Assembly (NCBI GenBank): GCA_973851085.1
Contig: OZ316776.1
Span: 8,060,001-8,124,000, forward strand
Reading direction: 5' to 3'
Length of the DNA stretch: 64,000 bases
Origin: Ptychomitrium polyphyllum
Taxonomy: Eukaryota
Shown: positions 13,239 through 24,494 of the stretch, piece after piece
Position numbering within the stretch: the first letter of the stretch is position 1
How the letters are laid out: the number at the start of each line of letters is the position of its first letter
Translations under genes and position numbers: made by a program
The notes under the pieces: generated by a model
Told to the model about the DNA's origin: nothing
The model's input: the letters and a program-made list of their open reading frames with translations, nothing else
Database searches by the model: none

Positions 13239-13412
13239 CTATATATTATCCGAGCAACCAGGGTGCAGCGGTGGCACCGCTGCCAACAAGTCCATCCCTG
13301 GAGTAGGGTGCTCGATCACATGAGATTCCAGTGCCACTAAATCGGCTGTAACATCTATCTCATCCCAAGTAATAAGAGGTAAAAGCTCCATGTCTCCAAA
13401 GACTGAACACAT
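13239..13412 (-). other. Candidate upstream ORF (57 aa) in the spliced 5' leader of the MAK kinase
   Basis: ATG 13412-13410 to TAG 13241-13239, MCSVFGDMELLPLITWDEIDVTADLVALESHVIEHPTPGMDLLAAVPPLHPGCSDNI*. It lies in an exon-like block ending at a CAGG|GTAAC donor (exon end 13134). Confidence 0.45.
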
Positions 13413-14625
13413 CCTTCGAGAAACAAGGCGCCTGGAACTTCTACAATGATTTGATCCAAAGTAACCACACCTGTATTCATATACCAAATTTCAGAATAAC
13501 AAGCAACAAACTGATTCTTGACGATAATATAGAGAATGACATAGCAAGCCAGTAATTCCGATAACAAAGCTATCAAAAAGATAACATCCTAAATGCATCA
13601 ATCCCGGTAAATTGTCTCGAAATCACACTGCCTGCACAAGATTGCCACGTCAATCCTGTACAAAAATGTTTCAACTTGTTTTAAAGAAATTCGGAAGCGA
13701 AATAAATTAGTTGCACTCCCGTCATACTTCCCCTTATTCAAAAGTGCTTAAAGTATAAGACATGCCAAAGTTCCGCTTTAATAGACTAAGAAGATAAGAT
13801 AAACCTAGGTGGAATTTGATAGATACATGCACGAAATCTCCACCGAAAATCCGTATTTATATGTAGCTTACAAGAGTGTAATTATTTCCTACAAAAGAGG
13901 TTTAAACAAACGTCAAGCCCCTGCGCAAACAAAACCTACAAAACTATTCCTACGTAATTCAAGGGTACGTGCTACACCACAAATCGCTTCCACCCTTTCA
14001 CTCGAAAGCCTACTCAAGATGCAGCAAAAAGTCGGACACAAGCGCGTATCCGGAGGAAGCAGAAACAAGCATAACCATTCCAATACAGCAAACGAGACGA
14101 AGCTGACAAATTTAAGCCGCAACCATGTCCTGGAAAGTCTCTAAAAATACAGAGTAGACACGATAAGAGGCCACTTATGGAACAGAAGTCTATCCAAATC
14201 ACCGAACACACGGCAGCCTCAGCTGATTACAAACGGAATTTCTAATCGTCACCTAAATCATCGGCATAATCCAGAAAACAACTTCGGTAACATGATCATC
14301 TACCACTTCACACAAAATGCCCACGACCTCCGCACAAAACGGAGCCGCTCATCGAACACGGTCCTTTACAAAGCTAAAACCAAGACTCGCCACCTCCGCA
14401 ACAGACATCAACACTAAAGCACTCCACGAACCTCCAGTAACGAACGCTTCATCACCACTCCACCTAGCACCTCCACCTAACGCAAACAAAAAAGTCCTCT
14501 CGGAGCCAACGCCTCAACTCCCGGAACTCGAAAAGAAAGAAAAGCGCAATATCATCGCGCGATCGACTGAAATCCACACCTCAAAATCCGAAATTACCAC
14601 AATCGCACCACAAAACCACACCTAC

Positions 14626-15000
14626 CTAGTCCGCGGCCAACTCCGCGGCAAACACCAAGAGATCTCACCACGCTAACAATCAACAACGCCGTCACACATC
14701 CACCTCCTAGAGCTCAAGCCGCTGCTCCTCCACCGCCCCCGCGCCCGCCTCCTCCTCCTTAACACGAACGGCGCAAGAGCATCGTCAGACCCCGACCTCC
14801 ACATCCAGAACCACAACCTTACCTCCACAAAGACACTGACTCCAAATACGCTCCCCCCCGCAGCACTGCGCACGCACACGCGGACGAAAAAAGGGACCCG
14901 CGGCGAAGACGGAGCCCAGCTTTTGCTGCATCTCGTCCAGGAGTGCACTCCCACACCTGCCACTGCACCTCTACCCCACATCCTCTACCAACATCGTCCA
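14626..15000 (-). other. Probable non-coding first exon of the MAK kinase
   Basis: GC-rich block, G/T-rich on the - strand, ending in an ACTAG|GTAGG donor. It is followed by intron-like sequence with a TACAG acceptor at about 13656. The upstream boundary is approximate. Confidence 0.5.
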
Positions 15001-15643
15001 ACTCAACATCTCAAATCTATGAATTTTCTACATAACAGCGCATGCATGAAACAGTCCCACACGCAAGTATGCTTCCACAGAGGCTGAAGTGTACGACCTG
15101 AGTAGATAGTGTCGGTTCTTGGATACAGTGGCGGTTATGAATGAGCATTCCTTACTAGCTAACGCTCATAAAAGCGTGACTCTACTCGTAAGCGCGACAG
15201 TATCTAGATTTTGGATACTTAAGTGTACGTCATTGTGTAGAACTGCGTGAATGTATCTGCAGTGACCGCTTTTAGGTGTTGGCTTGCCTTGCAGACACTC
15301 CTGCAGTGTAGATCTCATCGTTCTTATCTTCCTTCTTAAAAGAGCAGCTCTGAGGATAATATATGTCTACAGCGTTAAAAGAGCGACCGACTGTTACGTA
15401 GATTTCATACGTCGAATGTTAACGGACTGGATATGATCAGTTGGTTTACATGTGTGACGGTTTTTGATATGGTCTTCGTGAGAGATCTCATCCTGGTCTA
15501 GTTCGTTCCCAGGGATGAGTTCCTGTTGTTCTCTTCGTGGCCAGGGAGGGCAGCAGCACCGAAGCTCCCCAAGGGGGGGAGTAAATGGGGGAGAAAAATC
15601 ATGGCGAACGAGGCGAGTTGCAGCAAACAACTAATCTGTTGAT

Positions 15644-16217
15644 ACGTGTTGGGGAGATAGAACGGAACTGTCACGACGTCGACTGCAGACAGCACCGCGC
15701 GGCGGGCTCAGCTGGCTAAATTTTGATTTCGCTTTCAGATTTTTCTTTCCCAATACCGAGAACACGTCGCTGCACCTACAACCAGTCGGATATCTACTGC
15801 TGTCGTACATTTGAGGCTGTGAAAATCCCTAGACGGCACAAGGTTAGTATCGTGTGCTTTTCTTAAATGGGGGCGCTGGCCGGAATCTGAGGCCCTGCCC
15901 TGCCCTGGTCGCCGGAAATCCGGAGGGTATAAATAGCTGCCACTCCCCAAGAAGCAGAACCTCTGAACCTCGTCTCCAGAGGAACAGTGACCTGTGAGCC
16001 AGTTAAGTCGGACTCGTCACGTCACCCGCACGTCTCGCATTTCGAGGGCATGCTGGGAGTGGGGTTCACTTCTTCGCTTGGTGGTGGTCTATCATTTGCC
16101 ATGGGAAGGCCAAGAGCTTGTGTACCCGCAGCACTGTATAATGTTGTCCTACAGAAAGTTCCACACGTAGGAAAGATTATGCTCTACACTCGAAGTTTCT
16201 TTGGGTAAACTACACGT
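15644..16217. promoter_or_regulatory. Cluster of six ABRE-like ACGTG/CACGT cores around a TATAAATA box
   Basis: Cores at 15644, 15763, 16018, 16029, 16164 and 16213. TATAAATA at 15928-15935 on the + strand. Confidence 0.35.
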
Positions 16218-19200
16218 TCAAACATATCTAGGTTACATAACATGTGCGATATGGTACCAGTATTGTTTATAATATCCATTAATGGAGTGCCTAATCCTTT
16301 TTCAATGAAAGTTACATCAATTTGACACATTTAACTTGAAGTCATCCATTGCTCAATTTAATCCTTCCAATGAGCGTTATTTAGTAAGTTCAACAAGTTA
16401 CAATGACTATAGTAGTTTTTTTTCAATGGTAGCATTCATAGTAAATCATGTGTATTGTAACGGTAGTGAGCTATAATTAAATGTAATTCTAACACTATTA
16501 TGGCATGTTTTTGTTGGCATGTTTTTATTTTCTTTAAGGTATGTAATCCAAAATCAAGGTTGTCTTTTCACTAAAGAAACCAATCCAAACCTTGAATAAT
16601 AGGAATTCTTTGGAACATCATAAAATATTGACAAGTACTATAAATCTTTTTTCTATAATGGATTTAGAGGCACTTTGCCTATTATTTAAAATTGTACAAT
16701 TTACAATTTCAATATTATTTTATGAACTTATAGTGAATTTTTTTATAAAAATTCCATTAGATTGGAACAATTTTTTTTATATGACGATTTTACAAGAGTT
16801 TATTCATCACAAACTATGACCTAAATTTGTGCTAGATTACTTAAAACCACAACTATGGAAAATCTATATATGATTGCATATTATTCTACATGTATTATTT
16901 AGCCATGTAACTGTATTTCAATTTGGAGTTAAACAATGTTAATCTAAATAATTTTTTTGAAAGTGTAATGATGGAAAGTTAATGAAAAACATGATTTTTC
17001 AATGATTTTTTCCATATTTTTTAAACATTTATTAAAGAATTTTTACAAATCTCAAAAATACAAACATAATTACACAAACTGATAATTGAAATGTTTGTGA
17101 ATAATTATTTATTATTATTTAAAGAATCAACTTTGATCTATAGTAAAATGTCATAATAAAAGAGAAAATATCACAATTTTTTCAATGTTAGAATACACTG
17201 CATTATACAATTGATGTTTAAAAGATGTTTTGTAAAAAACGTACAAAAATCCAAATCTAATGTAATTTTTGCATAATTGTATGGGGTGGAAAAAAAATCT
17301 TGAACTTTGTACTTTAAAGGCAAGCTTACAAATTTTTAGGTGTTTTTGTTCTTATTAGTTCTAAAACCAAAATGACATTAAGCTCTTTCCACACTTCTTG
17401 AGATCCAAGAATTTCCTTCAATAAAAAAACGTACCAATTTATTACAAATTTAAAACATAAAATATAAATTTAATATATAATCTCTCTAGTATTTTGATAA
17501 CTATAGTATCTTAAATCCTTCAATTTGTAAAGGCTATGACCTCTTCTACATACCATTAGAAAGTTCTTCTTACAAGTACAAGCACAAGCACATTGGTTTG
17601 TTTCACCTCATACAAGCTTTTGATCTAGAATTTATTGAATTCTAGTATATTGTCAATAAAAAAAACTACAGAAAACTGGAAATTACACTTAACAACAACA
17701 ATCTAGATTTTTCCACATAGTTGCCAGACGAAGTGTCCACCATTGTTGTGTCAATAGTATGAAAGCACACAAGCAATAGAAAGGTAAGAAATTGTGATTT
17801 ATTTTGAAAACGTACATGCATTGTGGAGTACCTCCACAGTCTGCGGACACCACACCACACAGTAAGTATTGAGCTACAACCATATTTAACAATCATTTAA
17901 ATTGTGGCATGGTTGACCACCTTGGGAAATGTAGTTGTGCACGGTGAAAAATTTGCACCACTAGAATTTTCCACTTACAGTACTATGATATATGGGAAAA
18001 TGTGTATGACAAATAGCTTGGGGCGGCTTTACTTTTTGTGTCCATGAACAAAGCTTGACACGATCTATCTGTTGAGGCATTCAACAGTCCCAGATTTTTC
18101 TCCCTTGAATTTCTGTCCACTTGACTCAGTGTATAACTTGGAGCCCAAAGTTCTGCAGCATGGTAGGGTCACTGTGCAATGTGATGCAAGCAGGTATACT
18201 GATCCATAAAACTTGACAGTATCACACGCAAAAGCCATCATGGTGAGATAATGGTGAGTCCACTTTCAGAATCCTGATGTAGGACAAAGTGCAAACAAAA
18301 ATCAGAAGGAATTTATAGGATGGCTGAATCAGATACAATAGAGAAAATCTCCAGAGAATGCAATTTTTGGAGCGTGGTTACTGGCATCCAGCTCTGTGTT
18401 ACTTCAAGTTATCTCAAGTTACCATTAGCACACTTCATGGAAGTTCATGGTATTTATGATGATATGTCACCCTCTTGTGTCATGGAATTATAAGCTGGAA
18501 ATGGCAATTCTTGAGAATGCATTGAGGTTGAAAGAGAGAGTGACACATTGTCATGCATTCTATAAAGTTGGAGAATGGCAATTCCTAGTAACTCATGCAT
18601 GGATTCAATAAACTTTAGCATGTTGTCATATGTCATTTAAGAAACATCCTCATTTGTTAAATATTTAATTTGTGTTTGATTACAGAAATGAATCCATAGA
18701 GTATTTAAATGGAAGTGGACTTATAAAACTTTATAAATCATGGAAAATTTCTTTTAAATCCTAAAACCACATTCCAAAACAACCCGTTTTAAAGAATACA
18801 TCAAAATTTTCCAAAAGATATTATGAGCGAGATACAAAAAAAAGAAAAAAGAGAATACATAAAAAATGATCAAAATCTCACCCTCAATGTTTTTTTGGAA
18901 TGTGCCTTTATTCTTGGCATGAACAACAAGTGTGCATGTTGTACATGGAGTCTACTATATCCTTTAATTTGCTCATATGCCATGTGAAGTCCAACTTGCG
19001 GCCAACATATAGCTTGTAAATATTTAGAAGTAGATAATAGTCTATGAACATTAAAGTGGAGCTCATTACTTCATAGACTTAGTTTTATCTTTAAACAATG
19101 AATTTAAAGTACACCTCACATTAAGAATCAGACACTAAACAAATTACAATGGAAAAGAACATTTGATCCACTTACACATTTTCATCTTTAAAGTGTGATA

Positions 19201-22200
19201 AATAGTTGGAAGTGAATTTTGGATATTTTTCTTAAGTAAGAATTTTGAGGTAAACACATGGTGTAATTCATTCTTCCCAAAAACTCATTTTTAAGTATAC
19301 ACTTATTTAATAAACAACTTATATATATACAACCAATAGATTACAATACAAGCCATTAATAACTTTTCATTAAAAGCATATGTTTTATTTGATAAATATT
19401 TTGCTAATTGCCTCTTCTATATGAAAAATTAAAATAATAGATATATTTTTTACTTTTATGGGTGGAAAGTTGGTATATTAAAATTAATAATTATAATTTT
19501 TGATCAAATTTTGTAAGGTTATATCATTTTTCACATCAAAATTTAATTTCGAATACAAATATTCTTAAAAATTTGTTGGAGTGATTTTAAAAGAAACAAA
19601 TACAAATCAAGATAAATATATATGGTTTGAAGTATAATAAAATATGAAATTAAAATTCACAATCTTGATTCATTCATTTGAAACTTCACCAAACTTTTAC
19701 AATAGGATGAGAAGATAAATGCAATATATTTAAAATAATTGTTATGATACATTGCAACTTGTGAGATATTCTTGCATAATGTGGAATAATTTAATTGATT
19801 TTTTTTGGTAAAAGTTGTATATGTGTATTTAAATAAAAAATTTGGAGATCAAAATTCGTTATTTTTTCATTCATATCATACAAAACTCCATGAAAGATAT
19901 TTTAAAATAAAGCAACAGTTCTTTATATTTTCTTCTGGGCTAAGTATTGTTTGGATTGCCGTTGACATTTTCAGTAGTTGAAAAGAAGAAATATAAATTG
20001 TGCAAAAAATTTATTGTGAAATCAATTTAAATACTAAAGAAGAGAGTTTGTTTTGTTTTGTTTGTACCACTATCTTAAATTTTCCAAATCATGTGGTCCA
20101 TGGAAATGTTTTCAAAACATTTGGAAATCTTTCAGTAAAAAGGTACACACTTGGTGGTTTCTTAAGGGTTGAAACTACAATGTGATAGATTAAATTCAAA
20201 TTACATTCATTTCTAGAAAACATAAAATCGGAAAAAACCAAAATCTTCAGATTTTGCTATAGGCTGCCATGGTTGGGCCAACAGGTGAGAGCATACGAAT
20301 ATGTCTGCAATGAAGGTCCACTGCAGTTTTGCTGCCAGAAGTGGACACCTCAGGACACTTACACTTATGTGTGCAAGTGGTGTTCTGTTCTTTCAATGTC
20401 TTGACCATTCCTGTGTGGCCTGCTTTTGAGGTGGCCACCTTATCCACAACTTCACAAGGGTAGAACAATAATGGCACTACTACCTTCTTTTGCTGACCAT
20501 TTGGTTCTGTGATATTTTCACTAATGAAACTCATGTGAGTGTAAAAGACAGTCCTTAACTGTGAAAAATAAGTTCTGGAGCTGTTCTGAACGCATTTTAT
20601 GTTTAGACTAGAAAACAAGGAAGTGGGCATGCTCTTTTATTGCCACAAAGCAGCTATCTCACATGGAAGCACCTCTGTTGTAGACAGGTTGCAATGAACA
20701 TTTAATCACCTAATAATTGACTAGATGTTGAAGGAGACGCTTGTCAACAGGATCTTAAACAACATATGGGTGGATACAAAGGGTCCTGGTAGTTAATAAA
20801 AACAACCTTGTATAGTTTATCTAGGAAAGAGTTTCTTTTACTGAAATGGGTGAAATGGGTGTAAATTTGATATGTTTTTTAGTAGGATATTTATTATGAT
20901 ACAATATTTCATGTAAGGATTTAGACAAACAAACAAGACCTTAAATTTTGAGATAAAGTAAGGACATACAAAAGTAAGATAAAAGAAGAAAGTACTATAC
21001 AAAGTCTTGTAATAAAAGCTTATAGAATACCACAAGATCACTTCCAAAACATCACACAATATTCTAATACACTTTTCCAACTTGTATTATGTTCTAATAG
21101 TTTTATGAAATAATAGACTTACAACAATATTTTTTTTAAATGAAAGAAAGATCTTGTTATCACAATTAAGTTGTATTTAAAAACTTTGTTTCTATAATGT
21201 AAATATGTGTAATAAGTTGATATAAAAGTGTACTTGTTGTTAATATTCATGTTAAGACATTGATGTAAAAACTACAAAAACCAATAATGTTTTAATGATG
21301 ACAAGAATGAATACCAATACCATTGACAAATAATCTAAACACAAGATTAACATAGGAAAAACAATCCCGCCTATCAAATTATACCATTGTTTACAATAAG
21401 AACATTCATTTTAGCCAAAATGATAGTTTCATTTCATAAAAGTTGTATACAAGCATGTGTGCAAAGCCATAGACAAAGTCCCTATTGTTTCACTTTTGAA
21501 ATGGCCAAAGAAAAATTAGCAAAATAAAAAATAAAAACAAATTAAACAAAATTATATAACACATTTTAATTTTCTATGTTTAAATTAACATTCAAAACAT
21601 CTTAAAATATATCAAGAACTAGATTTTTAATTAGAACATATTCTATAATTTCAAATTCAATCATTTTTATAAGCACATGAATTTGACGAAATAGAATAGA
21701 TTGATTTTGTAGTACTACATGAAGAAGAAGGAAATAAAATTTTATCATGTAGCCAAAAAATGCGATTTGATCAAAAAATGTTTTAATGGACCTTGTGGTA
21801 ATAGTATAACAACTTCTAAATTGCATCAAAATTAGCACTTAAATAAATACTTTTAGATCAAATGGATCTTTATCTCTTTCTTGCCATATAACTAATGGAA
21901 TTTAAAAAAATCAAAATCAACTTTGAAAGTATTTATTACTCTATTTCTCTTGTTTTTGTAAAGAAGTATTTATTTCAACTACAACATTGTAAATGATAAA
22001 GAATTAAAATGTCAAAGCAAAATAGAATTGGTAGAGGTGCAATCAACGACTGGCACATTAGATTGCAAGGAATTCTACATTAGTGCAAGAATTTGACAAA
22101 GGAAATTTTGAAAGGATTTCAAAAGTCAAATATATTTTAGAAATAAGGTTGGAAAGCTGATGGCAAAAATGCGGTTTTAAAGATTGATTATTTCTAAGAG

Positions 22201-22649
22201 ATTTAAAGGAATTGTAGGTTGGAATAATTAACATGGGAAGAGGGAGGTAACAACAACCAAAAATTACAATTTTTATAGAACAAGTGAGCAAACATGAAAA
22301 AATGAAGAAACATACTTTAGCTTAAGGTTTTTGTTGCTTCCTTCTATCATTATCTAATACAGCCAAAGTTTGTATTTATATTGAATATTCTAGCCCTCTA
22401 GATTGCCAAGTTAGAAGAGTTGGAGCAATATAAAAAGGAATAATATGACTTTGAATTGGTGGCACACAAATTGGCATTTTTCTATTGCCTTTGCTTCTTG
22501 TAGCTCTTTACTTGGTGGAAGGTGGTAGAGATGATACTCTCATGGACATAGATCATACAACATAGTCTTTAAAACCTTTTAAAACCTTCTGGTATATTGT
22601 AATAGCTTTTTAGAATACTTTCAAATGTTTCCATAGCCGTTTCTACATT

Positions 22650-22860
22650 CTTAGGAAATTTCTTAAGAAAATTCCATCACCTCAAGAAACTTCCTAAGAA
22701 GGTTCCATCATCTCAAAGAACTTCCTAAAAAAGTTCCATTATCTTAAAAAACTTCCGAAGAAGGTTCCACCACCTTAAAAAACTTCTAAGGAAGGTTTTA
22801 ATTCTTTGGAAGCTTCTTAAGAAAGTTCCAACATCTTAGGAAACTTCTTAGAAAGTCTGA
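22650..22860. repeat. Degenerate 31-bp minisatellite, about 7 copies, probably a decayed LTR/TE internal array
   Basis: Units start at 22650, 22681, 22712, 22743, 22774, 22804 and 22835. Approximate consensus CTYAARAAACTTCCTAAGAAGGTTCCATCAY with an internal dyad AACTTC..GAAGGTT. Confidence 0.85.
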
Positions 22861-23454
22861 GGAACCTTTCTAAGAAGTTTATTTTTGCTTCTTGTTCTTA
22901 TGTCCTTAACATTTTGGCAAGACTGCTTAAAATGATCCATATTATCTAAGACTATGTAACAAAGATGGAAATGCATCTTAATTGTCTTATTGATAATTTG
23001 TAGGAAAATCAAGACTGCTGCTATTAAATGAAAAATTATATTGCATATGTACCAAGTGCATATAAATTTAAAAGTATACAACATTATATCCATATTCAAG
23101 CAAAAAAAAAATCAATTCTAATTCAATTTTAATAAACCTTCATACAACAATATCTAGCTAATAATACAACATACATATTTGTACAACTATAACAAGTACA
23201 ACTATGGCACTAAATGATGTCTTGAAAGTATGCTTAGGTAGAAGCAACTGCAAAAATATCACAAGAATAATGCAATAAAGTACAAATACCTTTTTAATGA
23301 AGAGCAGCAAAAACATTACGATTAAGTTTGAAAACAAAATTATGGAGTATAAGAAGGTGGAAGTGTGTGAACAATAAAGTGGACAAGATAAAGAATCCAT
23401 ATTGAATATCAATACCTTGATACAACCTATATTAACATTCTAACAAGCATAAAT

Positions 23455-23515
23455 ACATCAACAAGAACAAAAATAACAACATCAATAAGAACAAAAATAA
23501 CAACATCAACAAGAA
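23455..23515. repeat. 24-bp tandem repeat, 2.5 copies
   Basis: ACATCAACAAGAACAAAAATAACA / ACATCAATAAGAACAAAAATAACA / ACATCAACAAGAA. Confidence 0.85.
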
Positions 23516-24494
23516 AACTAAGAAAACATTGATATTCCCAATTATTTGATCATCAAGAAAAAAAAATTCAATTCCAAGCACCTATTTAATGGTTTCTTTT
23601 GTATAAGCCAACAATTAAATACTTTACATCTAAAGAACCAAAGCTTTAATTTTGGATCTTTTCCAAAGCTTAGAAATGATAACTTAAACTCCCTAAGTTT
23701 TGTAAATGAGAAGATGCAATTTTTCTACAGAAAGAAAAGAACACCACTCAAGAATGATTCCACAAACTTGAGAATGCAATCAGAGAAAGGCAATATATAA
23801 GTGACAACGGCAGGAGGTAGAGTGTAGGAGACCAAAAGAAGAGAGCAAAATGCTACAAAAGATAAATGAGATGAGATGGAACGTTGTTGAAACCTTAAAT
23901 CCAAACCATACCATAATATCCCAAATCATGATTCTTCACTATGAAACCCAATAAATAAGCTTTGCACCAAATGACAATGGATAGTTCCCCCCCTAAAGGG
24001 CAGGGTCGAGGTAAAATTTCGACTGCAGTTCTGATTCATAGACATGAGAAATTGATACACATTCAAGTACTATGCTTGTGCACATGCACGGTCCAAAGGA
24101 ACTGGACACAAGCTTGTGTCGTTAAGAAGATTCGATAACAAGGAATTAAATCGCAATGGACTTATCTACACGACTGAATCAATATTATGGTAGTTTTCAC
24201 AATATACTAGGAACAACTTTCATATGCTGTCCCCCAACTCGTGAAATACTAGCATTTTTTACACTGGCTGATCATCAGGCATGCCTAGTCTTTGAGCCAA
24301 AAATGATACCTGCTTATAACAACGCAAAACTAATCATGTTCTGGATGCGATAAAACAATTGGCACTTCATATTTGTCTAAAAAGGAATTAACAAACTCGA
24401 TCTTTCAATCTAAATAATACACCACTGCGAGCTTCGCAAAGAAGTTAAGGTCGAGAAGTTGTCCATAATAGGTACCAAGCAGCCAAGATGAGGC

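Noticed and set aside
13575..13655. Leader frame LTWQSC...FRMLSF faintly like the angiosperm MAK conserved uORF peptide
   Set aside because: There are too few identities, the spacing is wrong and no clear start codon exists.
14317..14981. 119-aa (+) and 102-aa (-) ORFs
   Set aside because: They are by-products of the GC-skewed first exon and intron of the kinase and have low complexity.
22650..22860. CRISPR-like appearance of 31-bp palindromic repeats
   Set aside because: The units are contiguous with no unique spacers, there are no cas genes, and the context is eukaryotic.
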